64,000 nt of DNA from the NCBI GenBank assembly GCA_037137535.1, contig JBAXKC010000003.1, positions 32,001 through 96,000 on the forward strand, written 5' to 3'. This document shows positions 20,420 through 30,057 of this stretch, one piece after another. Under the pieces are notes generated by a model that worked only from the letters and a program-made list of their open reading frames with translations, made no database searches and was not told where the DNA came from. The position numbers were made by a program, and so were the translations under genes. The first letter of the stretch is position 1; every line of letters begins with the position of its first letter. The stretch comes from a bacterium (GTDB lineage Bacteria; Cyanobacteriota; Vampirovibrionia; Gastranaerophilales; JBAXKC01).

Positions 20420-21862
20420 CTATGCTTCTAAAATTCTAGCAATACGCTTTTGAATTCTATCTTTTCCTAATACAGAAATAACAACACCCATATCAGCCCC
20501 TTTAGTTCTGCCGGTTAAACCTGCTCTTAAAGGCATCATTATTTGTTTTGGCTTTAATCCTGTTATGGATTTTCTGAATTCTGCCAGTTTATCGTGAAGT
20601 TCGTCCATGTCTTCATAATTAAGACTTTCGCAAAACTTTGAAAATGCTGAAAGAACTGTTTTAGCTTCATCTGTTGATAAAATTTCTTTTATTTCTTCAG
20701 CCAGTTCCATCTTTTCTTCAAAGAAATAACTTACCGCATCAGTAACTTCACTTAGTTTGACAAGTGGCTCTCTTACCGCTGCAATTATGCTCTCAAGCTG
20801 TTTGTCCGTATATTGTGAAAGATCATAGTCATTAAGGTATTTTTTGCATCTTTCTGTAATGTCACTAATAGGGAAATTCCTTATATAAATGCCGTTCATC
20901 CAGTTTAATTTATCAAATTCAAATATAGCAGGGCTTGAAGACACTCTTTCAAGACTAAAAGCTTCTACTAGTTCGTTAAGTGGTTTAACTTCTTCGCCAT
21001 CAGCAGGTGACCAGCCTAAGAGAGATAAGAAATTCACAAAAGCTTCAGGTAAATAACCCTGTTCGATAAATTCACTTACCGCAGTAGCTCCGTGTCTTTT
21101 TGATAATTTTGTTCTGTCAGGTGCTAAAATCATTCCTACATGTGCAAATTGAGGAATTGGTTCACCTAATGCTTCATATATTAACAATTGTCTAGGTGTA
21201 TTAGAAATATGGTCTTCTCCTCTTACAACGTGGGAAATTTTCATTTTTGAATCGTCAACTACAACAGCAAAGTTATAGGTAGGAGTTCCGTTTGATTTCA
21301 TTATTACAAAATCTCCAAGAAGATTTGTATCAAATTCAACTTCATTTCTGACAATATCTTTAAATTTCATAATTCTTGAAGGAACAGAAAATCTTATTGT
21401 AGGAATTCTTCCTTCAGCTTTAAATTGGTCAATAGCTTCTGCTGAATTATGTTTACATCTTCCTGAATAAACATAAGCTCTTTTTTCAGCGATTGCACTT
21501 TCTTTTTCTGCATCAAGCTCTTCTTGAGTGCAATAACAGTAATAAGCATGACCGGAGCTTAAAAGACGCTCTGCGTATGACTTGTACTCATCAAAGCACT
21601 CGGATTGTCTGTAAGGGCCATAAGGGCCACCGACATCAGGACCTTCATCCCAGTTAAGTCCCATTGCTTTCAAGCTGTCATAAATATTTTGTGTATATAT
21701 TTCATTCGATCTTTCAAGATCGGTATCTTCTATTCTTAAAATAAATTTACCATTATGTTTTTTAGCAAATAAATAGTTAAATAATGCTGTTCTTGCTGTT
21801 CCTACGTGTAAAAAACCCGAAGGGCTCGGTGCTATTCTTACTCTTATTGATTCACTGCTCAT
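20420..21862 (-). CDS. gltX: Glutamate--tRNA ligase
   Basis: RIAPSPSGFLHVG, RIEDTD, RGEDH, KLSKR; start moved to 21862 behind AGGAG. Confidence 0.95.
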   Translation of the reverse strand: MSSESIRVRIAPSPSGFLHVGTARTALFNYLFAKKHNGKFILRIEDTDLERSNEIYTQNIYDSLKAMGLNWDEGPDVGGPYGPYRQSECFDEYKSYAERLLSSGHAYYCYCTQEELDAEKESAIAEKRAYVYSGRCKHNSAEAIDQFKAEGRIPTIRFSVPSRIMKFKDIVRNEVEFDTNLLGDFVIMKSNGTPTYNFAVVVDDSKMKISHVVRGEDHISNTPRQLLIYEALGEPIPQFAHVGMILAPDRTKLSKRHGATAVSEFIEQGYLPEAFVNFLSLLGWSPADGEEVKPLNELVEAFSLERVSSSPAIFEFDKLNWMNGIYIRNFPISDITERCKKYLNDYDLSQYTDKQLESIIAAVREPLVKLSEVTDAVSYFFEEKMELAEEIKEILSTDEAKTVLSAFSKFCESLNYEDMDELHDKLAEFRKSITGLKPKQIMMPLRAGLTGRTKGADMGVVISVLGKDRIQKRIARILEA

Positions 21863-22073
21863 AAAATTAACTCCTGACCGATATTTTAAAAAAATATTTT
21901 CTTTATCTTGATTATATTTGCATGTTGTAGTAAAAATTTCATGTAAATACATTGACAGTTCTTTAATTTTAGAACAAACTTATCTTATTGTAAAAATTAA
22001 TCTTTTCCATTGAATAATTTTCTTTAAGTGATATTATTTAGTAACAAAAATTAATGTTAAGCGAGGATTTATA

Positions 22074-22343
22074 ATGACAATCAATTTAGCGAGCAAACAA
22101 GAAGTAATCAGCGAACACAAAAGATCTGCTAACGATACCGGATCAGCTGAAGTACAAGTAGCACTACTTTCAACAAAAATTTCTGAATTAACAGAACACC
22201 TTAAAACTCATAAAAAAGATTTCTCAACAAGAAGAGGTCTTCTTATGATGGTTGGTAAAAGAAAAAGACTTCTTGCTTACCTTAAAAAAGAAGACATCGC
22301 AAGATATAGAACTTTAATCGAAAAACTTAAAATCAGAGGTTAA
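22074..22343 (+). CDS. rpsO: 30S ribosomal protein S15
   Basis: [31 protein letters not shown]. Confidence 0.97.
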   Translation: MTINLASKQEVISEHKRSANDTGSAEVQVALLSTKISELTEHLKTHKKDFSTRRGLLMMVGKRKRLLAYLKKEDIARYRTLIEKLKIRG

Positions 22344-22358
22344 TTCTATAAAAGATAT

Positions 22359-22393
22359 AAAAAGAGCAGAAAGTATAATTCTGCTCTTTTTTT
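22359..22393. terminator. Bidirectional intrinsic terminator after rpsO
   Basis: AAAAAGAGCAGAA/TTCTGCTCTTTTT with T-runs on both strands. Confidence 0.85.
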
Positions 22394-22397
22394 GTTG

Positions 22398-22538
22398 CTA
22401 AAAAGCATTAAAACTAAAGGGAGCTTTTGGATTTTTGTCTTGCCAAGTTATCAGATTATTAAGATTTACCTGGAAAATAATTGCCAAGTAAGTATATATC
22501 ACTAATAATCCCGTCAGCAAGAACTCTTTCCTGTTCAT
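22398..22538 (-). CDS. Putative 46-aa single-TM small protein (MNRKEFLLTGLLVIYTYLAIIFQVNLNNLITWQDKNPKAPFSFNAF), absent from the ORF track
   Basis: SD-like AAGGGGG 4 nt before ATG, basic N-terminus, 17-residue hydrophobic stretch, stop just before the terminator. Confidence 0.45.
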   Translation of the reverse strand: MNRKEFLLTGLLVIYTYLAIIFQVNLNNLITWQDKNPKAPFSFNAF

Positions 22539-22557
22539 ACTGCCCCCTTTAGCTTTA
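22409..22557 (-). ncRNA. Rod-like structured RNA with central bubble (6S-like, or SD-sequestering mRNA fold)
   Basis: 16-bp closing stem, asymmetric bubble, then 9-, 10- and 8-bp helices; G-U pairs work only on the minus strand. Confidence 0.55.
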
Positions 22558-22779
22558 TTTATAAAATAATTTTAACGTTTGATAATTGTTTTTACATTGA
22601 AATAATAGGCTAAATTAATTTTAGTAAAAAAGTATAATAGTTTTTTGCTAAAGCTTCTACTTATGGCTGTCGTTTAATTTATTGGTGTAGATGTTTATTT
22701 TAAAAGGTTTTTTTGCTTCATAATAACTTCTTTATAATAATTTTTATTTATATTTTTTTCTTATTGTCTTATTATATAA

Positions 22780-23787
22780 ATGCGAGCGAAAGACATGGCG
22801 GTTGAAAGCAAATTGATGCAAGAAAAATCTCAAGAGACCCTGGCTCTCCTTATCGATAAATTTAAAGTAGGACAAGGATTGAGCTTAGAGGAACAACTTG
22901 AACAGATCGGCGTGATTGAAAAATTGCAAAGAGAAGACGCTGTTTTGATACTTAACCACATCGTAAAACTTGAAAATGATCCTGTAGTTTTATACTCAAT
23001 TGTTAAAACTATCGGGAAATTTAACGATAAAAGCTCTGCGTGTCCACTTATTGATTTATTATTGTGGAAAGAAAACTGCGCAGAACTACTTAAAAGCTGT
23101 GAAAACTTTATTAAAGTAAGATGCCTTGTTGCAAAAGTTTTGGGCAATATAAAAAATCATAGTGCGGTTGTACCGTTACTTTATATTTTAAATAATAAAG
23201 ACGAAAATTATAAACTCAGGCTTGCTGCTGCCGATGCTTTAGGCATAATTGGCGACAGATTTGCAGTTGCTCCGCTTATTGATTTAGTTGTAGATGAAGA
23301 TGAAAAATCGGTCTATGTTAGAGAATCTGCGGCTAAGGCTTTAGGTATGATTGGTGATATGAGTGCAATTGACCCCCTTGTCAACCTTTTAGAGGCGAAA
23401 AAAGGAATTGTAGATAAATTTACATTTCTTAAAGAAAGAGCTATTGAAGCAATTGGCAGGCTTGGCTTTAAAGACGACAGAACGTTTAAGGTTCTTACAC
23501 ATTCCCTTATGGATGAATCTTCTCAGGTTAGAATAAACGCTATTGAGGCATTATCTGATTTAGACGATGAAAGAGTTCTGCCTTTAATTCAAAAAATGCT
23601 TTTTGACGAGGAAGAAGAGGTTGCAAGGACTGCTGTAATTGCTTTATACAATATTCTTGGAAGAGAATTTTTAGAAGAGCTTCTTCTGCGTGATGACGTT
23701 GCAGGATGGTGTAAAGACGAGGCTGAAACCATTATTGAAGAAGATGAAGATGACGAAAATGATGAAGACGGTGAATCTAATGAATAA
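22780..23787 (+). CDS. HEAT/PBS-lyase repeat protein with acidic C-terminal tail
   Basis: Repeated units such as VRESAAKALGMIGD..AIDPL; tail EEDEDDENDEDGESNE; true start may be 22795. Confidence 0.85.
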   Translation: MRAKDMAVESKLMQEKSQETLALLIDKFKVGQGLSLEEQLEQIGVIEKLQREDAVLILNHIVKLENDPVVLYSIVKTIGKFNDKSSACPLIDLLLWKENCAELLKSCENFIKVRCLVAKVLGNIKNHSAVVPLLYILNNKDENYKLRLAAADALGIIGDRFAVAPLIDLVVDEDEKSVYVRESAAKALGMIGDMSAIDPLVNLLEAKKGIVDKFTFLKERAIEAIGRLGFKDDRTFKVLTHSLMDESSQVRINAIEALSDLDDERVLPLIQKMLFDEEEEVARTAVIALYNILGREFLEELLLRDDVAGWCKDEAETIIEEDEDDENDEDGESNE

Positions 23788-24469
23788 ATCAATCGTTTTA
23801 TTATCAGGCGGATTGGATTCAGTTGTGAGTCTTGCTTTCGCTAAAGAAGAATATAATGTTCAGCTTGCTATAACTTTTGATTACGGTCAAAGGGCAAAAA
23901 CTCAAGAAATTACAGCTGCGGCTAAAATTGCGGAATATTACGGTATTGAGCATAAAGTTATTGATGTTGAGTGGTTGGCGCAAATTACTAAAACCTCTCT
24001 TGTTAATACAAATAATGATTTACCAAATCCTGAAACAGAGGATTTAGATGATTTTAACGCTTCAACTCAAACAGCGAAAAAAGTTTGGGTGCCTAATAGA
24101 AATGGTTTGTTTCTTAATATTGCGGCAAGTTTTGCTGATAGTTTCGGTTATACTCATATAATATTCGGGGCTAATAGAGAGGAAGCTGTTACTTTTTCTG
24201 ATAATTCTGCGGAATTTATAGAGAAAATTAATAAATCTCTTGAATTTTCAACGCTTGTTAATCCAAAAGTTTTTGCTCCGCTTATCGATAAAGATAAAGA
24301 AGAAATAGTAAAAGTAGGCTTAGATCTTAAAGTGCCTTTAGCTTTTATCAGAAGTTGTTATACCGATAATGAAAAACATTGCGGTAAATGTGAATCTTGT
24401 ATGAGATTAAAAAGAGCGTTAATTAAGCTTTCGAATGAAAATCTTATAAAAAACCTATTTCAGGGTTAG
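23780..24469 (+). CDS. queC: 7-cyano-7-deazaguanine synthase
   Basis: LLSGGLDS, FDYGQR, WVPNRN, SCY..CGKCESC; start at 23780 overlaps the HEAT gene end. Confidence 0.93.
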   Translation: MNKSIVLLSGGLDSVVSLAFAKEEYNVQLAITFDYGQRAKTQEITAAAKIAEYYGIEHKVIDVEWLAQITKTSLVNTNNDLPNPETEDLDDFNASTQTAKKVWVPNRNGLFLNIAASFADSFGYTHIIFGANREEAVTFSDNSAEFIEKINKSLEFSTLVNPKVFAPLIDKDKEEIVKVGLDLKVPLAFIRSCYTDNEKHCGKCESCMRLKRALIKLSNENLIKNLFQG

Positions 24470-24478
24470 GATAAAAAT

Positions 24479-25045
24479 ATGCATGTAAAATTTATTGATA
24501 AAGAAATATGTTATACAGGGGAAGAGCTTTCTTCTCATTGGATATACACAAATTTTAATCTTCTGGGAGATGCAATTGTTGCTTTTGAAGGTGAGTGTAT
24601 TGTCAAGCTCGACAATATGGTAGACCTGGCTGACGTATTGTCTGAAAGTCCCATATATAGTAAAAAAATGGTACACGTGATAGTGGAACATTTTAATATT
24701 TCGCTTATAGAGGGGATTTTAAGACAAAGACTGCTTATTAATATTGCCAGAGATGTAATAGGCTCAGCAAAAAAAGATGATATTAAGATTATACGAGATG
24801 GAGATGATTTATTTTATAATGATGGAAAATTGTCTGTATCAATCGCAACAAAGTCACCAACTTCAGTTTTAATTCATCTTGGTTTGAATATAATATCAGA
24901 AGGAGCACCTGTTAAGGCAGCAGGTTTAAAATCTGATATGAATATAGAGGATACAAAAACTATTGCTAGTGATATAATTAAGTATTATGCCCTTGAACAT
25001 GAAGAGATAATAAAGGCTTCCTGTAAAGTTAGAGGAGTGATGTAA
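24479..25045 (+). CDS. DUF366-like protein (biotin/lipoate ligase-like fold)
   Basis: HWIY, MVDLAD, IVEHF, LRQRLL, RDGDDL, KLSVSIA, IHLGLN recalled as DUF366 motifs. Confidence 0.7.
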   Translation: MHVKFIDKEICYTGEELSSHWIYTNFNLLGDAIVAFEGECIVKLDNMVDLADVLSESPIYSKKMVHVIVEHFNISLIEGILRQRLLINIARDVIGSAKKDDIKIIRDGDDLFYNDGKLSVSIATKSPTSVLIHLGLNIISEGAPVKAAGLKSDMNIEDTKTIASDIIKYYALEHEEIIKASCKVRGVM

Positions 25046-25049
25046 ATAA

Positions 25050-25646
25050 ATGAACGCAAATAATTGTAAAGTCAGAGAAATAGGCCCTAATCCTAATAGA
25101 AAACCAAAACTTAGAAAGAAACCCGATAAAAATCGTTTAATATTTATATTTGCCGGTACTTTTATCGCTTTTTTCCTTGTTTTTAGTGTTGTTGCTTCAA
25201 TGATGACGCCTAAAATCAATATTTCCGGTCAATCTAATGTTGATGAAGAATCTTTAACTCAAATGTCAAGCGATGACTTTAAAGGCAGAGTTGATCAGAG
25301 TTTAAAAGATATTGAAGCAAGAGAATCAAGCGGTGGCTATGATATATCCTCAAGAAGAACGGCTACAAGTGCTAAAACGGCTACTGCTTCTCAACAAGCT
25401 AATACAGTTAAGCAATCAGTAACGGATCCTGCACTTTCTCAGGAACAGCAAATGGTTAATGATTCATCAGCAACAGAATCAATGATGCCTTCTGATTCTC
25501 AGCAGCCTGCTGTAACTCCTGTAAAAAGAATTAATGCTGCTTCACAGATTCAACAGGCACCTCCTAAGCCATCAACTCCGCTTGTTCTTAGAGATAAAAT
25601 CAGACAATCTTCTCCTGATACAGGAACAACCGATCCTAATCAATAA
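25050..25646 (+). CDS. Hypothetical single-pass membrane protein with low-complexity S/T/Q/P tail
   Basis: Basic N-terminus, one TM (LIFIFAGTFIAFFLVFSVVA); last gene before a terminator. Confidence 0.7.
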   Translation: MNANNCKVREIGPNPNRKPKLRKKPDKNRLIFIFAGTFIAFFLVFSVVASMMTPKINISGQSNVDEESLTQMSSDDFKGRVDQSLKDIEARESSGGYDISSRRTATSAKTATASQQANTVKQSVTDPALSQEQQMVNDSSATESMMPSDSQQPAVTPVKRINAASQIQQAPPKPSTPLVLRDKIRQSSPDTGTTDPNQ

Positions 25647-25661
25647 AACGGTGAAATACAT

Positions 25662-25700
25662 AAAATAAAAACGTCATTAGAAAATGACGTTTTTATTTTT
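25662..25700. terminator. Bidirectional terminator
   Basis: AAAATAAAAACGTCATT/AATGACGTTTTTATTTT inverted repeat. Confidence 0.8.
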
Positions 25701-26574
25701 AAACTATAATGATACCGTTTTTTATTGATTTTGCTTTAAAACATTCGTTTTCAGCAAATAAATCTTCTATAATAATGTCCTTATTGTATATTCCAAAGAC
25801 AGTAGGTCCACTGCCTGACATAATTGCATTCAGGCAACGTTCCTTTAATAAGGCTTTTAACGATTTGATTTGTGTATATGCAGGTAATATAGCATCTTCA
25901 AGGTGATTTAAAAGTAGTTTTGATATATCTTCACTTGAGTTAGCATTTATTGATTCCAGCATAGATTCTGGGGATAAATATTTAGGCTTTTCGGGTATTT
26001 CAGCATATCGGACATATGCTTCTTTTGCTGAAATAAAAAGATCTTTAGGTTTTACTACCGCTATATTAAGATCAGGAGTGTTGATTTTTTCTAAAATTTC
26101 ACCTCGTGAGGTTGCTCTTTGTGTTCCTCCATCTAAACAAAAATTTATATCAGAACCCATTGAGGAAGCTAGTTTATGCAAATCAGTTTCGCTTAAAATA
26201 TCATTAAATAAAGAGTTTAAGCCTTTTAAGACTCCTGCTGCATTTGAACTTCCCCCTGCAAGCCCTGCGGCTACTGGAATATTTTTTTTTATGCTTATGT
26301 TGATTTTGCAAGAATTTATTTTGGCTTGTTCTAAAAACTTATTTGCCGCAATCCAACATAAATTTGTATTATCGTAAGGAATAAGTTTACTCTTACCTGA
26401 AAGCTCGATAATATTATCTTTTGAGATATTATCAGAAACCGTAATTTCAAGTTCATCAAAAATATTTATAGCCTGCATTATGCTGTCTATTTCATGAAAA
26501 CTGTCATCGCGTTTTTTGATTATTTCTAATGACAGATTGATTTTTGCGGGTGTTTTTACTTTAATCTTTTTCAT
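25699..26574 (-). CDS. ispE: 4-diphosphocytidyl-2-C-methyl-D-erythritol kinase
   Basis: PAKINL, IPVAAGLAGGSSNAA, MSGSGPT. Confidence 0.95.
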   Translation of the reverse strand: MKKIKVKTPAKINLSLEIIKKRDDSFHEIDSIMQAINIFDELEITVSDNISKDNIIELSGKSKLIPYDNTNLCWIAANKFLEQAKINSCKINISIKKNIPVAAGLAGGSSNAAGVLKGLNSLFNDILSETDLHKLASSMGSDINFCLDGGTQRATSRGEILEKINTPDLNIAVVKPKDLFISAKEAYVRYAEIPEKPKYLSPESMLESINANSSEDISKLLLNHLEDAILPAYTQIKSLKALLKERCLNAIMSGSGPTVFGIYNKDIIIEDLFAENECFKAKSIKNGIIIV

Positions 26575-27436
26575 TTGCAGTCAATTTGTCCATATTATCG
26601 GCTAATAGTGCAAATTCTTCCAATGTTAGCGTTTCACCTCTGCGAGAAGCATCAATTCCTGTTTGCTTTAAGGCTTTGGTAATTAATTCTTGCGAAAAAC
26701 CTTTTAACCCTAAAGCATTTTTAATGGTTTTTCTTCTTGCGTTGAAACAAGCATGAACAATTCTTCTTAAAAGTTTTGCATTATTTGTATTGACAGAAGG
26801 AGTTTGTCTGATTTTCAGTCTTACCACCGCAGAATCAACTTTTGGTGCAGGATAAAAACTTCTTGCTCCTACTTTTGTAATTATCTCGGTATCTGCCCAG
26901 AAATTAGAAAGAACTGAGATAGAGCCGTATTCTTTTGATTTATTGTCTCTGTTTGCCGTAATGCGTTTTGCTACTTCGTATTGAACCATTAAAATGATTT
27001 CTTCAATACATTCTCTGTTTTTATGGTTATATTCATCAATTTCACCGAGTAAATGCACTAAAATCGGTGTTGTTATGTAATAAGGTATATTAGCTATAAC
27101 TTTAAGCTTTTGTGCATGATCTTTTGATATTTGAGAAACATCTGTTTTTAAAATATCACCTTCAATTATTTCAAGGTTTTCAATGTTTAATTTGTTGAGT
27201 TCCTTTATTGCATCTGTATCCAGCTCAACAGCAACAACTTTTTTAGCTAATTTAGCCGCTTTTTCTGTTACAAAGCCCAGCCCTGGGCCTATTTCCATAA
27301 TAATATCTTCTGAAGATATTTTTGCTGCTTCAATAATTCTGTCTATGGCTGTTCCATCTACAAGAAAATTTTGTCCTAATCGTTTTTTTGCCTTAAATTT
27401 TCTGGCTCTTTCAAAATAGTTCAACTTATTCACCAA
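26561..27436 (-). CDS. rsmA: 16S rRNA m6,2A1518/1519 dimethyltransferase
   Basis: LGQNFL, EIGPGLG, ANIPYYIT, PAPKVDS. Confidence 0.95.
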   Translation of the reverse strand: MVNKLNYFERARKFKAKKRLGQNFLVDGTAIDRIIEAAKISSEDIIMEIGPGLGFVTEKAAKLAKKVVAVELDTDAIKELNKLNIENLEIIEGDILKTDVSQISKDHAQKLKVIANIPYYITTPILVHLLGEIDEYNHKNRECIEEIILMVQYEVAKRITANRDNKSKEYGSISVLSNFWADTEIITKVGARSFYPAPKVDSAVVRLKIRQTPSVNTNNAKLLRRIVHACFNARRKTIKNALGLKGFSQELITKALKQTGIDASRRGETLTLEEFALLADNMDKLTANEKD

Positions 27437-27511
27437 CTATGTAATATACAGTCCTGTTTAATAGTAATATAACTTTTTTATGTTAAACTACGATATGAGG
27501 TTAGGGTCATT

Positions 27512-28921
27512 ATGTCTTTAATCAGCTTACTACAAAGAAAATCGGAAACAAAGATGCATAATCTTTATGATAAAAATATGTTAGCAAGTAAAGAGCTTTT
27601 TATAAAATATCTTCTTAGCGGATGTAAAGAAGAAAAATACTTTGAAACTGGCTTGGAATTTGAAAAAATACCGGTTTCCTCTGATGATTTTAGAGCTGCT
27701 TCATATTATGGAGAAAATGGCATAAGAGAGTTCCTCATAAGTTTAAAGCAAAAATTTGGCTGGGATTATATTTGTGAAGAAGATAATCCTATAGGTTTAG
27801 ACACTCCTTTTGGTTCGATAACACTTGAGCCGGGTAGTCAGGTAGAACTTAGCAGTATTCCTCAAAAAACAGTACATGACCTTAAAAAAGTGACAACTCA
27901 TTATAATACTATAACCGCTGAAATTGCGGAAATATACGGTATAAACTTTCTTGGCTATGGTATTCAACCTATAACTACTAACCTTGATATAAAAATAATT
28001 CCTAAAGCTCGATACGATATTATGACTGAATATTTACCCACAAAAGCAAATTTGCCTTTTGTAATGATGAGAGAAACAGCAGGTATTCAGACAGTCTTAG
28101 ATTATTCTTCCGAGCAGGATTGTATAGAAAAACTTAGAACAATTTTAATGCTTACTCCTTTTGTTACGGCTATGTTTGCTAATTCTCCCATAAGAAATGG
28201 AGCTGATACCGGATATAAGTCATATAGGGCTTATGCTTGGTTACATACGGACGAAGACAGATGTGGATTAATCAGCAGAAAAATATTTGATAATAAGGGA
28301 AAAGACTTTTCTTTCTCAGAATATGCTGATATTATATTTAATTTGCCTATGATCTTTCTGCATAAGGGCGGTAAATGGCATAATATGAAAGGTCGTAGCT
28401 TTAACGACTATATGACTACGGGAATAAACAGTTTTGAAGTAACTATGGATGATTTAATGCTTCATTTATCTTCCTTCTTCCCTGATGTCAGATTAAAGCA
28501 TTATCTTGAAATAAGAAATAATGATTGCCAGACGTTAGATTATTTATATGCAATTCCTGCCCTCTGGAAAGGAATTATATATTCAGCAGAAGCAAGAGCT
28601 TCTATTGATAATTTATTTGAGGGTTTAACTTTTGAAGATTTTAATTATTTAAGAGCGAATGTTCCAAAAGATGGTCTTCAAACAGAAATAAAAGGCAGAA
28701 AAGTAGAGGATTATGCAAAAGAAATAATTTCTATTGCGGAACTCTCTTTAAATAAAATGAATAATAGAGATGAAGATAATAATTCTGAAGCAATTTATCT
28801 TCAAAATATAAAAGAATTAGTGCATAATGGTATGTGTCCAGCCGATGTGATTTTAAAAAATTGGTACGGCAATTGGAACAAAGATGTATCAAAACTTATA
28901 AATTATACAAAGATAAATTGA
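27512..28921 (+). CDS. gshA: Glutamate--cysteine ligase (plant/alphaproteobacterial-type GCS2 family)
   Basis: GLEFEK, ITLEPGSQVELS, PKARY, FANSP, FPDVRLKHYLEIR. Confidence 0.85.
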   Translation: MSLISLLQRKSETKMHNLYDKNMLASKELFIKYLLSGCKEEKYFETGLEFEKIPVSSDDFRAASYYGENGIREFLISLKQKFGWDYICEEDNPIGLDTPFGSITLEPGSQVELSSIPQKTVHDLKKVTTHYNTITAEIAEIYGINFLGYGIQPITTNLDIKIIPKARYDIMTEYLPTKANLPFVMMRETAGIQTVLDYSSEQDCIEKLRTILMLTPFVTAMFANSPIRNGADTGYKSYRAYAWLHTDEDRCGLISRKIFDNKGKDFSFSEYADIIFNLPMIFLHKGGKWHNMKGRSFNDYMTTGINSFEVTMDDLMLHLSSFFPDVRLKHYLEIRNNDCQTLDYLYAIPALWKGIIYSAEARASIDNLFEGLTFEDFNYLRANVPKDGLQTEIKGRKVEDYAKEIISIAELSLNKMNNRDEDNNSEAIYLQNIKELVHNGMCPADVILKNWYGNWNKDVSKLINYTKIN

Positions 28922-28928
28922 ATTTAAT

Positions 28929-29936
28929 ATGATAATTTCGCCTGAATCAATAATTACACAAATTTTATCCGTTCAAGATGTTGCCAGACTTGAGGCAATA
29001 GAATCGCAAGATAAAGTTCTTTTTGAGCAGTTTTCTGAATTTCATAATATTCAGGTTGTTACGAATGATTGCGGTAAATTTTTAAAATTTGATGATAGTT
29101 ATCAGTCGGGAAAAATTGATTCGCCTTTATACTCGGGGAATTTACCTTATATAAATTACTTTTTTCTTTCTCTTTTGTTTAATTCGGAGATAAAAAATAT
29201 TTTATTTCTTGGAATGGGGGCTTCCTATGTAATTAAAGATTTTTTGCAGATTTGTAAGGCTGTAAAAAATATTGATATTGTTGAAATTGACCCTTTAATT
29301 CCTCATATTGCCAAAGAATATTTTGATTTTGAAGAAAAAAAACCTGTAAAAGTTCATATTCAAGATGCAAGAGTTTTTGTAAGAAACAGTAAGCAGAAAT
29401 ATGATCTTATTATTTGTGATATTTTTTCTTCTGAAGGTATGCCTTTCAGGTTTATGACTGCTGAGTTTTTTGAAGAAATAAAAAATATTCTTTCAGATAA
29501 AGGGGTATTTTGTGCAAATGTATTTAGTAATGTTGAAATAAACTCTCCATTAAATATATTTTTTAAGTCTTTATATAAAACCTGTAATTCGGTGTTTAAA
29601 AATACGAATATTTTCCCGACAATCTACGGAAATATGCAAATGTATCGTCAGGTTTTAGGGCTTAAGGATGAACTTACCGACCTTACAAATACAATTCTTA
29701 TTTCTCAAAATAATGCATCGAAACTTTATAAAACCGATATTGAGGACAAAGTTGAAGAATTACAAAGAAATGTTAATTTATCGGCATTAAAAGACTTAAA
29801 AAATTATGCAACTGATTATTGTGATTATAAAATTAGTTTAGACACTATAAAAATTTTAAGGGATAATTTTATAGAAGATAAGGATTTTACCCTTGAAACT
29901 ATGTCAAAATATTTATTAATAAACGAAGACATATAA
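28929..29936 (+). CDS. Spermidine-synthase-like SAM-dependent transferase
   Basis: ILFLGMG, DIVEIDP, DARVFV, YDLIICDIF; lacks the canonical GGGDG. Confidence 0.7.
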   Translation: MIISPESIITQILSVQDVARLEAIESQDKVLFEQFSEFHNIQVVTNDCGKFLKFDDSYQSGKIDSPLYSGNLPYINYFFLSLLFNSEIKNILFLGMGASYVIKDFLQICKAVKNIDIVEIDPLIPHIAKEYFDFEEKKPVKVHIQDARVFVRNSKQKYDLIICDIFSSEGMPFRFMTAEFFEEIKNILSDKGVFCANVFSNVEINSPLNIFFKSLYKTCNSVFKNTNIFPTIYGNMQMYRQVLGLKDELTDLTNTILISQNNASKLYKTDIEDKVEELQRNVNLSALKDLKNYATDYCDYKISLDTIKILRDNFIEDKDFTLETMSKYLLINEDI

Positions 29937-30057
29937 TAGAATCTTTATAGTGCAACTTATTAAGGGATTTAATTATCAATCTTTAGGTTGATGAATATTT
30001 TAATAAGCAAATCAATAATATTAATAGAATAAACGCTCTTGGGAGAGTTGGAATAGA

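Noticed and set aside
23780-24469. QueC as part of an anti-phage system (QatABCD or type IV CBASS)
   Set aside because: Canonical size and motifs; no ATPase, TatD or CD-NTase genes nearby
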